Assembly: GCA_031361905.1 (NCBI GenBank)
Contig: JANLRV010000085.1
Location: forward strand, 1 to 59,857
DNA length: 59,857 nt
Direction of reading: 5' to 3'
Source of the DNA: Actinomycetes bacterium
Lineage (GTDB): Bacteria > Actinomycetota > Thermoleophilia > Gaiellales > JALYLC01
Below the pieces are notes generated by a model. It was given only the letters and a program-made list of their open reading frames with translations. It did no database searches and was not told the origin of the DNA. The translations under genes were made by a program, and so were the position numbers. Below are positions 8,894 to 19,383 of this stretch, piece by piece (position 1 is the first letter of the stretch; each line of letters begins with the position of its first letter).

Positions 8894-10212
8894 CAGCGCT
8901 GCGCGAGCCGCTCGAGCGTCTCGCCGAAGCTCGGGTAGCTGACCGCGATCGCATCGGCGTTCGCCACGCGCACGCCGCGTTGCGAGACGAGCCCCGCGAT
9001 CGCACCGAGCATGCCGATGCGGTGGTCGCCCTGCGCGTCGACGATGCCGCCGCGCGGGCGGGCGGGCACGCCGGTGATGTGCCAGCCGTCCTCGGTGACG
9101 CGGATGTGCCCGCCGACCTGCCGCACGAGCTGGGCGGTCGTCTCGAGCCGGTTCGACTCCTTCACCTTCAGCTCGTGCGCGCCGCGCACGAGCGTCGTGC
9201 CGTGGGCCATCGAGGCCGCGAGCGCGATGATCGGCAGCTCGTCGACGAGGCTCGGGATGTGCTCGGCCTCGATGATCGTCGCGGTCAGCTCGGCGGCGTG
9301 CACCTCGAGGTCGGCGATCGGCTCGCCTCCGGCCGTCTGGCGCCGGTTGAAGATCGCGATGCGCCCGCCCATCCGCTCGAGCACGGCGAGCAGGCCCGCG
9401 CGAGCCGGGTTGATGCTCATGCCGCGCACGAACAGGCGGGACTCGGCGAGCAGCGTCGCCGCGACGATGAACGGCGCGGCCGACGAGGGGTCGCCCGGCA
9501 CCTCGATGCGCGCGGCGAGCTCGAGCCGCTCGACCGGCCAGATCGAGATCCGCGAGCCCTTGCGCTCGACGCGCACCCCGGCGGCGCGCAGCATGCGCTC
9601 GGTGTGGTCTCGCGTCGAGAGCGGCTCGATCACGGTCGTCGGGCCCGAGGCTGCGAACAGCCCGGCGAGCAGGACGCACGACTTGACCTGCGCCGAGGCC
9701 ACGGGCAGCTCGTACTCGATCGCCCGCGGCGTCCCACCGGTGACGCTGAGCGGCGGCCGTCCGTCCGAGTCGACGACCTCGATCCCCATCTCGCGCAACG
9801 GGATCGCGATGCGATCGACCGGCCGCCGGCGGATCGTCTCGTCGCCGTCCAGCGTGAACGTCCCCTGCTGGCCCGCGAGGATCCCGGGGAGCAGTCGCAG
9901 GAGCGTGCCGGCGTTCTCGACGTCGATCACGTCCTCGGGCTCGCGCAGTCCCCGCAGGCCGCAGCCGCGCACACGGAGCCGCGTCTGCCCGCCATCGAGG
10001 ACGTCGATCTCGGCGCCGAGGGCGCGCATCGCCGCGAGCGTTGCGAGCGTGTCCTCGTTGGCGCCGAAGCCGACCACCTCGCAGACGCCCTCGCCGATCG
10101 CGGCGAGCAGCAGCGCGCGGTGCGAGATCGACTTGTCGCCGGGCGGCACGAGCTCGCCGACGAGCGCCGAGGCGGGCTCGACGCGCAGCTGGTGCTCCTC
10201 GACGAGGCTCAC
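8893..10212 (-). CDS. aroA: 3-phosphoshikimate 1-carboxyvinyltransferase (EPSP synthase)
   Basis: PGDKSISHRALLLAA motif; 439 aa from GTG 10212, which overlaps the tyrA stop (GTGA). Confidence 0.9.
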   Translation of the reverse strand: MSLVEEHQLRVEPASALVGELVPPGDKSISHRALLLAAIGEGVCEVVGFGANEDTLATLAAMRALGAEIDVLDGGQTRLRVRGCGLRGLREPEDVIDVENAGTLLRLLPGILAGQQGTFTLDGDETIRRRPVDRIAIPLREMGIEVVDSDGRPPLSVTGGTPRAIEYELPVASAQVKSCVLLAGLFAASGPTTVIEPLSTRDHTERMLRAAGVRVERKGSRISIWPVERLELAARIEVPGDPSSAAPFIVAATLLAESRLFVRGMSINPARAGLLAVLERMGGRIAIFNRRQTAGGEPIADLEVHAAELTATIIEAEHIPSLVDELPIIALAASMAHGTTLVRGAHELKVKESNRLETTAQLVRQVGGHIRVTEDGWHITGVPARPRGGIVDAQGDHRIGMLGAIAGLVSQRGVRVANADAIAVSYPSFGETLERLAQR

Positions 10213-11312
10213 GACTCCCCCACGACGCGTGCCGCGAGCGCGGAGTAGCCCTGCTCGTCGAGCAGGGCGCAGCAGCGTGCCGCCACGTCCTCTCCGGCGA
10301 CGATCAGCTCGAGCAGGCCGCCCCGCTCGGCCGACTCGTGATGCATCTCGAAGTCCTCGATGTTGATGCGGGCGGCGCCGAGGCCCTGGGTGATGCCGGC
10401 GAACACGCCGGGATGCGAGGGCACGTGCACCGAGACACGGTAGAGGTCCTCGGGCGCGGTGGCGAACTGCGCCGCCAGCGAGCGCTTGCGGTTGCCGGAC
10501 GACTGTCCGATCCAGCGGGCGAGGAAGCCCGCGTCGCCGGCCTCGAGGGCCGCCACGACCTCTGACGTCGCGCGCTGGTGCTCGCGCAGCGCAGCGGCCA
10601 GCTCGACGCGGTTCTCGAGGAAGATGTCGACCCAGATGCGCGGGTTCGCGCCCGCGACGCGCGTCATGTCGCGGAACGAGCCGCCGATCGCGGCGAGCGG
10701 GTCGTGCCCGGCGATGCGCGCATCGCCCGCCTGGTTGACGAGCATGTTCGCGAGCGCGTGCGGCAGGTGTGAGATCAGGGCGAGCAGCCGGTCGTGGGCG
10801 GAGGCGTCGATCGCCCGCGGCATCGCGCCGGTCGACGCGATGAAGCGGTGCAGGTCGCGGTGGCGGTCGGGGTCGACCTCGATCGTCGGGGTCAGGAACC
10901 AGGTCGCGCCGGCGAACAGCTCGCCGCTCGCGTGCTCCGCGCCGCGCAGCTCGAGGCCGCACATCGGGTGCCCGCCGATGAAGCGATGACGCTCGTCTGC
11001 CGCGATCCCGGCGATCACGCCGACCTTCGTCGAGCCGATGTCGGAGACGGTCGCGGCTGGTGCCGCCGCGAGCACCTCGCCGATCACCGCCGGAAGCCGG
11101 CTCACGGGAGCGCAGACGATCGTGATCTCACACTCGGCGATCGCGTCGAGCGAGTCGTCGGCGCGGTCGACGCAGCCCCGCGCGAGCGCCGACGCCCGCG
11201 CCCTGCCGTCGGGGTCGCAGCCGGTCACGTGATGCCCGCCCTCGTGACGGCGCGCGGCCAGGCCGAGCGAGCCGCCCATCAGTCCCAGCCCCACGATGCC
11301 GATCCGAGCCAC
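10209..11312 (-). CDS. tyrA: Prephenate dehydrogenase with C-terminal ACT-like domain
   Basis: IGIVGLGLMGGSLG Rossmann motif, the GGHPMCG block, and an ACT-like tail. Start is GTG 11312. Confidence 0.85.
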   Translation of the reverse strand: MARIGIVGLGLMGGSLGLAARRHEGGHHVTGCDPDGRARASALARGCVDRADDSLDAIAECEITIVCAPVSRLPAVIGEVLAAAPAATVSDIGSTKVGVIAGIAADERHRFIGGHPMCGLELRGAEHASGELFAGATWFLTPTIEVDPDRHRDLHRFIASTGAMPRAIDASAHDRLLALISHLPHALANMLVNQAGDARIAGHDPLAAIGGSFRDMTRVAGANPRIWVDIFLENRVELAAALREHQRATSEVVAALEAGDAGFLARWIGQSSGNRKRSLAAQFATAPEDLYRVSVHVPSHPGVFAGITQGLGAARINIEDFEMHHESAERGGLLELIVAGEDVAARCCALLDEQGYSALAARVVGES

Positions 11313-11370
11313 GGCTCCATCGTAGGTGGCGCTGGCGGGTCGCGATCCCGCTGGGCGGTACCATCGAGCC

Positions 11371-12723
11371 ATGGCAGCCGCTCCCGTCGCCTGGTACCCG
11401 GATGCGTTCGCGCAGCGCGACGCGCAGCAGCAGCCCGCCTGGCCGGATCCCGCCGCGGTCAGCGCCGTGCGCGACACGCTGCGCGCGTTTCCGCCGCTCG
11501 TCTTCGCCGGCGAGGCCCGCAACCTGCGCGAGCAGCTGGCGCGCGTCGCCGAGGGACGCGCATTCGTGTTGCAGGCCGGCGACTGCGCCGAGAGCTTCAA
11601 CGACTTCTCCGCGATCACGATCCGCGAGAAGCTGCGCATCCTGCTGCAGATGTCGGTCGTGCTGACCTACGGCGGCTCCCTCCCCGTCGTCAAGATCGGC
11701 CGGATCGCCGGGCAGTTCGCGAAGCCGCGCTCGTCGCCGGTCGAGCGCCACGGCGACGTGGAGCTGCCGTCCTTCCGCGGCCACATCGTGCACGGCGACC
11801 TGTTCGACGCGATCGAGCGCGCGCCCGATCCGGCGCGCATGATCCAGGCCTACCACCAGTCTGCCGCCACGCTCAATCTCCTGCGCGCGTTCTCGAAGGG
11901 CGGATTCGCCGATCTGCAGTCGGTCAGCACGTGGAACGTGGCGTTCGTCGAGAGCTCGCCGGAGGGTCGCCGCTACGAGCGGCTCGCAGGTGAGATCGAG
12001 CGGGCGCTCAAGTTCATGGCGGCGTGCGGGATCGACATCGGCCGGCAGGAGAACCTGCACCAGGTCGACGTCTACACGAGCCACGAGGCGCTGCTGCTCG
12101 ACTACGAGCACCCGCTCACGCGCAAGGACTCGCTGACCGGCGACTGGTACGACTGCTCCGCCCACATGCTCTGGATCGGCGAGCGCACCCGCGCGCTCGA
12201 TGGCGCGCACGTCGAGTTCGCGCGCGGGATCCACAACCCGATCGGCCTCAAGCTCGGTCCCTCGGCCACCCCGGACGAGGTCGTCGCGCTCTGTGACGCG
12301 CTCGATCCCGATCGCGTCGCCGGCCGGCTGACGCTGATCGTGCGCATGGGCGCGACGCGCGTGCCCGAGCACCTGCCCGGGCTGATCGCGGCGGTGCGCG
12401 AGTCGGGCCATCCGGTCGTCTGGTCGTGCGACCCGATGCACGCCAATACCGTGACGGCCCCGAGCGGCCACAAGACCCGGCGGCTCGACGACGTGCTCGC
12501 CGAGCTCGAGGCCTTCGTGCACACCTGCCGCGCCAACGACGCATGGCCCGGTGGCGTGCATCTCGAGTTCACCGGCGAGGACGTGACGGAATGCACCGGC
12601 GGCTCGCAGGTCGTGCTCGAGGAGCAGCTCTCACACCGCTACGAGACGCTCTGCGACCCGCGCCTGAACGCCCGGCAGTCGCTCGACCTGGCGTTCCGCC
12701 TGGCCGAGCTGATGCGCTCCTGA
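11371..12723 (+). CDS. Class II (plant/actinobacterial type) 3-deoxy-7-phosphoheptulonate synthase
   Basis: QQPAWPD...LVFAGEARNL...GDCAESF...RIAGQFAKPRS blocks typical of class II DAHP synthases. Alternative start is GTG 11326. Confidence 0.88.
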   Translation: MAAAPVAWYPDAFAQRDAQQQPAWPDPAAVSAVRDTLRAFPPLVFAGEARNLREQLARVAEGRAFVLQAGDCAESFNDFSAITIREKLRILLQMSVVLTYGGSLPVVKIGRIAGQFAKPRSSPVERHGDVELPSFRGHIVHGDLFDAIERAPDPARMIQAYHQSAATLNLLRAFSKGGFADLQSVSTWNVAFVESSPEGRRYERLAGEIERALKFMAACGIDIGRQENLHQVDVYTSHEALLLDYEHPLTRKDSLTGDWYDCSAHMLWIGERTRALDGAHVEFARGIHNPIGLKLGPSATPDEVVALCDALDPDRVAGRLTLIVRMGATRVPEHLPGLIAAVRESGHPVVWSCDPMHANTVTAPSGHKTRRLDDVLAELEAFVHTCRANDAWPGGVHLEFTGEDVTECTGGSQVVLEEQLSHRYETLCDPRLNARQSLDLAFRLAELMRS

Positions 12724-12909
12724 GGGCCTGGCCGCGCCCGGGCCGTGCGGGCTCGATTCGGCGGTTTTTAGTCGTTCGGAATTTTGGGGTGGTTTTCTGG
12801 GTGGGGAGAGGGCTTCAGGGGTTTGTTCATGCGGGGTGTACATTTGGTTGTTCGAGTCGCGAGCACTTGCACACCCACCCCACCTGGGGTGCCCCGTCCC
12901 ACCCATTCG

Positions 12910-13882
<973 letters not shown>

Positions 13883-13899
<17 letters not shown>

Positions 13900-14860
13900 C
13901 GACCCTCCAGCAGGCGGTCAGGTGCCCGTCCGCGCCGGTCAGCTGCGGCGTCTCGGCGCAGTCAGGCCCGGCGAGCGGGCAGCGGGTCCGGAAGGCGCAG
14001 CCCTCGCCCAGCCCGACGAGCGAGGGAGGCTGGCCCGGAATCGACTGCAGCATCGCCACGCGCGGCCGGTCGAGCCGAGGGATCGAGCCGAGCAGGCCGG
14101 TCGTGTAGGGGTGCCGCGGCGCGCGGAAGATCTGCGCGCGCGATCCCTGCTCGACGATCCGGCCCGCATACATCACCGCGACGCGGTCGGCGAGCCGCGC
14201 GAGCACGCCGAGATCGTGCGTGATCAGGATCACCGACGCGCCGCGGTCGTCGCGAGCGCGAGCGAGCAGGCGCAGGATCTGCGCCTGGATCGTCACGTCG
14301 AGCGCCGTCGTCGGCTCGTCGGCGATCAGCACCGAGGGCTCGCAGGCGAGCGCCATCGCGATCATCACGCGCTGCCGCATGCCGCCCGAGAACTGGTGCG
14401 GGAAGTCCCCCGCCCGCTCCGCGGGCGCCGGGATGCCGACCTCGCGCATCAGCTCGACGGCGCGGGCGCGGGCGGCCGAGCGCGTCAGCGGCAGGTGGGC
14501 GCGCAGCGCCTCGCCGATCAGATCGCCGACGCGGTAGACCGGGTTGAGCGATGTCATCGGATCCTGGAAGACCATCGCGATCTCGGCGCCTCGAACGCGC
14601 CCGAGGCGGCGCTCGGACTGGCCTACGAGCTCGTCGCCGCGGTAGCGGACGCTGCCCGAGATCCGAGTTCCAGGTCCGCTCGTGAGGCCCGTGATCGTCA
14701 TCGCGCAGACCGACTTGCCGCAGCCCGACTCGCCGACGAGACCGAGCACCTCGCCCTGCGCGAGCTTCAGCGAGACGCCGCGCACGGCCTCGACGACGCC
14801 GTCCTCGGAGGCGAACGAGACGCGCAGGTCGTCGATCGCGAGCAGGGTGTCGTCAGCCAA
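13883..14860 (-). CDS. ABC transporter ATP-binding protein (OppD/DppD type)
   Basis: GESGCGKSV, FSGGMRQRVMIAMAL, VLIADEPTTALD. Confidence 0.9.
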
Positions 14861-15821
14861 CGCGAATCCGTGGATCGAGCACGCGATAGGCGATGTCGAC
14901 GAGCGCGTTGAAGAGCACGACGAAGAACGCGCCGTAGAGGGTCAGCGCCATCAGCGGCGGCAGATCGAGGTGGGCGACCGACTCCTGCGCGTACTGCCCC
15001 ACCCCCTGCAGGCCGAAGATCGGCTCGACGAGAATCACCGTGCCGCCGACCGCCGCACCGAAGTCGAGCCCGAACAGCGTGACGACGGGGATCAGGCTCG
15101 TGCGCAGCGTGTGACGCAGCAGCACGCGACGCGGTGACAGCCCGAGGGCGCGCGCCGTGCGCACGTAGTCGGCCGAGCGTGTCTCGATCAGCGAGGAGCG
15201 CACGACGCGCGAGTAGAAGCCGATCGAGACGACCGAGAGCACGAGCCAGGGCAGGGCGAGGTGCGCCGCCCACTGCACGGGGTCCTTCGTCAGCGGCACG
15301 TAGCCGCCGGACGGGATCCACGAGAAGAAGGGCGAGTCGCGGAAGCGGAAGGTCAGCAGATACAAGAGCACCGCGCCGAGCCAGAAGATCGGCGTCGAGA
15401 TGCCGAGCATCGAGACGACCGTGAGCACGCGATCGGCGAGGCGTCCCTGGCGGATCCCGGAGAGCACGCCGATGCCGACGCCGAGCACCGTCCAGATCAG
15501 CGCCGCCCCGATCGCGAGCGACATCGTGGCGGGGATGCCCCGCTCGATCGTCGGCAGCACGGGCGTCTGGTCCTGGTACGAGATCAGGTCGCGCTTCAGG
15601 AAGAGCCGCGTCATCGTGTCGCCGTACTGCACGTAGATCGGCCGGTCGAACCCCCAGTCCTTGCGGATCTGGCGGATGTTGTCCTGGGTCGGGTGGCGCC
15701 CCGCCAGGCGCAGCGCGGGATCGCCGCCGGGGATCACGTTGAAGACCACGAAGACGAGCACGGAGATCGCGAGCAGCACGGCGACGAGGCCCGCGAGCCG
15801 GCGAGCCACGAAGGAGAGCAT
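14853..15821 (-). CDS. ABC transporter permease (DppB/OppB type)
   Basis: MLSFVARRLAGLVAVLL N-terminus and multi-TM BPD-type permease. ATG 15821 overlaps the upstream permease stop. Confidence 0.85.
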   Translation of the reverse strand: MLSFVARRLAGLVAVLLAISVLVFVVFNVIPGGDPALRLAGRHPTQDNIRQIRKDWGFDRPIYVQYGDTMTRLFLKRDLISYQDQTPVLPTIERGIPATMSLAIGAALIWTVLGVGIGVLSGIRQGRLADRVLTVVSMLGISTPIFWLGAVLLYLLTFRFRDSPFFSWIPSGGYVPLTKDPVQWAAHLALPWLVLSVVSIGFYSRVVRSSLIETRSADYVRTARALGLSPRRVLLRHTLRTSLIPVVTLFGLDFGAAVGGTVILVEPIFGLQGVGQYAQESVAHLDLPPLMALTLYGAFFVVLFNALVDIAYRVLDPRIRVG

Positions 15822-16825
15822 CAGACGGCCCGCTCGTCGAACGACGTGCGCGAGCTCGCGTGCGGGTCGAGCGCGTCTCGCAGCCCGTCGCCGAGCACGT
15901 TCAGCGAGACGACGGTGAGCAGGATCGCGATGCCCGGCGCGACGGTCAGCGCCGGCGCCGTCACGATCGAGCTGAAGCCCTGCTGGATGATGTTGCCCCA
16001 CGACGGCGTGAGCAGCGAGACGCCGACGCCGAGGTACGAGAGGGCCGCCTCGGTGAGGATGTTGTTCGCGACGATCAGCGTGAAGAAGACGAGCGCGCTC
16101 GAGGCGATGTTCGGCAGGAGCTCGCCGACCATCACGCGGAGCGGCCCGGCGCCGTGGGCCACGGCCGCCTCGACGAACTCGGCCCGCCGCAGCGCGAGCA
16201 GCTCGCCGCGCAGAGGCCGCGCGACATAGGGGACGAAGACCACGGCGATCACCGAGACGGGCAGCCACAGCGAGCCCGCGCCCACCGAGATCGGGCCGGC
16301 GTGGAATCCGCCGATCGCGAGCGAGGTCGCCAGCGCGACGGCGAGCAGGTAGACCGGGAACGACCAGATCAGGTCGAGCAGCCGCGAGATCACGCTGTCG
16401 ACCGCTCCGCCGAAATACGCCGCCGGGAGCGCCAGGGCGAGCGCGAGCGCCAGGCACACGACGGCGGCGCCGAGGCCGACGATCAGCGACGTGCGTCCGC
16501 CGTAGAGCAGGCGCACGAAGAGATCGCGACCGTTGGCATCCGCGCCCAGCAGGTAGGGGCCGTGCCAGCCCGGTCCGATCGGCGTGCCGTCGAGGCCCAC
16601 GACGGGAACGGCCTTGCCGTCGACCTGGACGGTGCCCTGGATGTTCTGGTCGTCCGGTCCGTGGTGTGCGACGTGGTCGGCCCAGAGCGGCGCGCCGAGG
16701 GTGCAGGCGAGCACGATCGCGAGGAACACGCCCGCAGCGACGATCGCGACGCGGTTGCGCGCGAGCCGGCGACCCGCGAGCCGCCACGGCCCGGGGCGTC
16801 GCCGGGCTGCTACTTGCTGAGCCAC
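15821..16825 (-). CDS. ABC transporter permease (DppC/OppC type)
   Basis: N-terminal RLARNRVAIVAAGVF anchor (OppC_N-like); multi-TM permease. Confidence 0.85.
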   Translation of the reverse strand: MAQQVAARRRPGPWRLAGRRLARNRVAIVAAGVFLAIVLACTLGAPLWADHVAHHGPDDQNIQGTVQVDGKAVPVVGLDGTPIGPGWHGPYLLGADANGRDLFVRLLYGGRTSLIVGLGAAVVCLALALALALPAAYFGGAVDSVISRLLDLIWSFPVYLLAVALATSLAIGGFHAGPISVGAGSLWLPVSVIAVVFVPYVARPLRGELLALRRAEFVEAAVAHGAGPLRVMVGELLPNIASSALVFFTLIVANNILTEAALSYLGVGVSLLTPSWGNIIQQGFSSIVTAPALTVAPGIAILLTVVSLNVLGDGLRDALDPHASSRTSFDERAV

Positions 16826-18462
16826 ATCGAGGGGAACAGCTCGAAGTACGAGGGGTTGAAGACGAGCCCGTTCACCCGCGTGGAGACGAAGCGCGTGACC
16901 TGGCGGTTGAGGAACGGCACCCAGCCGGCGTCCTGCCGCATGAAGGCCTCATCGAGCTGCGCCCAGATCGCGTCGCGCTTCGGCCCGAGCGGCAGCCGCT
17001 TGGCCGCGTTGATCCGCTTGTTCAGCGCCGGGATATTCGTGTTCGAGACGTTGTTGTTGCCGACGTTCGTGATGTGCTCGCCGTTGAGGATCACGTCGAT
17101 GAAGTCCTGGCCCTCCGGGAAGTCTTGGTTCCAGTCGTTGAAGGCGACCTGCGGATCACCCTTCTGGGTCGCGATCGTGTCCCAGTAGACCGACTCGTCG
17201 ACCGTCTTCACGGTCGTCTTGAAGCCGATCGAGGTGAGTACCGAGGCCATGTACTGGGCGGCCTTGGGCGTCGGGTCGGTGTTGTGGCTCCAGACCGCGA
17301 CCTTGGCTCCGACGACGCCCGCCTGCTTGATCATCGCCTTCGCCTTCGCGAGGTCGTACGGGTAGAGGTCGTGCTTGCGGTAGGCGGCGCCGAAGCTCGG
17401 CGGGATGATGTTCTCCGTCGCCGTGCCCTGTCCCCCGAAGATCTTCACGAGCGCGCTGCGGTCGATCGCGTAGTTGACGGCCTGGCGGACGGCCAGCTTG
17501 TCGAACGGCTTCTTGCGCTGGTTGAGATCGAAGTAGGTGACGTTGCCGCGCGCGAAGTCGTGCACCTGCTTGGGATAGCGCGCCCTGACCTCGGTCAGCC
17601 GGTCGGCCGCGACGGGCTCGAAGTACCAGTCGAGCTGCCCGTTGGCGGTCAGGTTGACGGCGTTTTGCGGCGTCACGCCGATCTTGATCTCGATCTTGTC
17701 GAGGTAGCCGTCGGGCGTCTCGGGCGTCCACTGCTTGAAGTTCGGGTTGCGCGTGATCGTGACGCCGTGCTTCGGCTCGTAGCCGCTGATCATGTACGGA
17801 CCGGTGCCGACGCGCCAGGCGGCGATCGTCGAGACGTCCTTGTCCGGGGTGCCCGCCGGAACGGCGAACGCGAACGGGATCGCGAGGTAGTCGAGGAAGG
17901 TGCCGTCGCGCTCGGTCAGGTGGAAGCTGATCGTGCCCTTCTTGTCGTTCGCGACGATGCCCGAGATCCCGCCCTTGCGCGTCTTCGCGTAGCTCGCTGC
18001 GCCCTTGATGCCCGTGTAGAAGCCGACGCCGCCGGAGTCGACCCGGAACAAGCGCTCGATCGCGAACTTGAAGTCCGACGCGCGCACCGCGCGGTTGACC
18101 GGCGGCGAGAAGCGCACGCCCGGCCTCACGCTGAGCGAGTAGGTGAGCCCATCCTTCGACACCGTCGGCATCGCCGTCGCGATGTCGGGCACGATCTTGA
18201 CGCCGTCGCTCCCTGCCTGCCGCCGGAACTGGAGCAGCCCGTCGGCGGTCGCCTGCAGGATCTGCCAGCCCTCGTTCGTGTAGGAGAGCGCGGAGTCGAG
18301 GTGATCGGGGTTGTCGGGGATGCCGGCGAGCAGCGTGCCACCGCGCACCGGGTCCGACGCCGCAAGGGTCAGGGGCCGGCTCGCCGCCGACCCGACGCCG
18401 AGCGCTGCGAGGCCGGCGAGCGCGAGCGCGGTCGAGGGAAGCGCGATCATGCGGATGCTCAT
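16810..18462 (-). CDS. ABC transporter substrate-binding protein, family 5 (peptide/nickel/oligosaccharide type)
   Basis: 550 aa, signal peptide MSIRMIALPSTALALAGLAALGVGSA, family-5 SBP-like architecture. Confidence 0.85.
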   Translation of the reverse strand: MSIRMIALPSTALALAGLAALGVGSAASRPLTLAASDPVRGGTLLAGIPDNPDHLDSALSYTNEGWQILQATADGLLQFRRQAGSDGVKIVPDIATAMPTVSKDGLTYSLSVRPGVRFSPPVNRAVRASDFKFAIERLFRVDSGGVGFYTGIKGAASYAKTRKGGISGIVANDKKGTISFHLTERDGTFLDYLAIPFAFAVPAGTPDKDVSTIAAWRVGTGPYMISGYEPKHGVTITRNPNFKQWTPETPDGYLDKIEIKIGVTPQNAVNLTANGQLDWYFEPVAADRLTEVRARYPKQVHDFARGNVTYFDLNQRKKPFDKLAVRQAVNYAIDRSALVKIFGGQGTATENIIPPSFGAAYRKHDLYPYDLAKAKAMIKQAGVVGAKVAVWSHNTDPTPKAAQYMASVLTSIGFKTTVKTVDESVYWDTIATQKGDPQVAFNDWNQDFPEGQDFIDVILNGEHITNVGNNNVSNTNIPALNKRINAAKRLPLGPKRDAIWAQLDEAFMRQDAGWVPFLNRQVTRFVSTRVNGLVFNPSYFELFPSMWLSK

Positions 18463-18510
18463 TGCGTCAGCTCCATGGCTGGGACAGCTCAGGGTCTTGC
18501 GTTGGAAGGC

Positions 18511-18524
18511 TGAGAACGCTATCA
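18511..18524. promoter_or_regulatory. LacI-family operator-like site TGAGAACGCTATCA (copy A), upstream of the family-5 SBP operon
   Basis: Exact 14-mer also found at 25600 and 25623. Imperfect palindrome around a central CG, like LacI/CcpA-type operators. Lies 37-50 nt upstream of start 18462. Confidence 0.6.
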
Positions 18525-18561
18525 GGTGCCTCGAGCGGTGGAACGCCGGTGTGACAAATCG

Positions 18562-19383
18562 TCACTCCCGCACTGCCCCGAGACCCAGGCCGGCGAGCAG
18601 GTGCCGCTGTGCTGTCAGCACGAGCAGGATGATCGGGAGCACCGCGATCATGCTCGCCGCCGAGATCGGGCCCCAGAGGATCTGGCGCTCGGTCTCGAAG
18701 CTCGCGATCGTCACCGGCAGCGTGATCACCGCGTTGCCGGCGAGCACGAGGATGAAGAGGAACTCGTTCCAGATCAGGACGAACGTGAGCACCGTGCTGG
18801 CAGCGAGGCCGGGCTTGACGAGGGGGACGATCACCCGTGTCAAGAGCTGAATCACTCCCGCTCCGTCGATCAGAGCGGCCTCGTCGAGCGAGCGCGGGAT
18901 CGCGTCGATGATGCGGTACATCACGAGCACGGCGATCGGAAGCTGGAAGGCCGCCATGCTGAGGATCAGACCGACGCGTGTGTCGAGGAGGTCGAGCTCC
19001 CGGTAGATGATGAACGTCGGGATGACGATGGCGAAGGCCGGCACCAAGCGTGAGATCACGAGGATCGACGTCAGCGTGCCCTGGCGCCGGATGCGGTGGC
19101 GGGAGAGGGCATACCCGGCGAGCGCTCCGGCGACGACGCAGAGCAACGTTGCCGGCACGGTGATCGCGAGGCTGTCGACGATCGACGAGACGAACGCCGA
19201 ATCTCCCAGGACCTTGCGGTAGTTGGAGAGCTCCGGCACGAAGATGAGCTTGGGCGGGAGCTCGAACGCGGCGTTCGCCGGCTGGAACGAAACGGCGAGC
19301 ATCCAGATCAGCGGGTAGAGCGACCCGAGCACGGCGAGAGCGTAGACCGCGACGTGCGCGATGGTAGAGAGTGTGTGGCGCAT
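18562..19383 (-). CDS. Carbohydrate ABC transporter permease (MalG/UgpE type)
   Basis: EAA loop DEAALIDGAGVIQLLTRVIVPLVKPG. ATG 19383 overlaps the upstream stop. Confidence 0.85.
   Translation of the reverse strand: MRHTLSTIAHVAVYALAVLGSLYPLIWMLAVSFQPANAAFELPPKLIFVPELSNYRKVLGDSAFVSSIVDSLAITVPATLLCVVAGALAGYALSRHRIRRQGTLTSILVISRLVPAFAIVIPTFIIYRELDLLDTRVGLILSMAAFQLPIAVLVMYRIIDAIPRSLDEAALIDGAGVIQLLTRVIVPLVKPGLAASTVLTFVLIWNEFLFILVLAGNAVITLPVTIASFETERQILWGPISAASMIAVLPIILLVLTAQRHLLAGLGLGAVRE

Noticed and set aside
16666-18513. 615-aa plus-strand ORF
   Set aside because: It is antisense to the family-5 substrate-binding protein gene and has shadow-frame composition.
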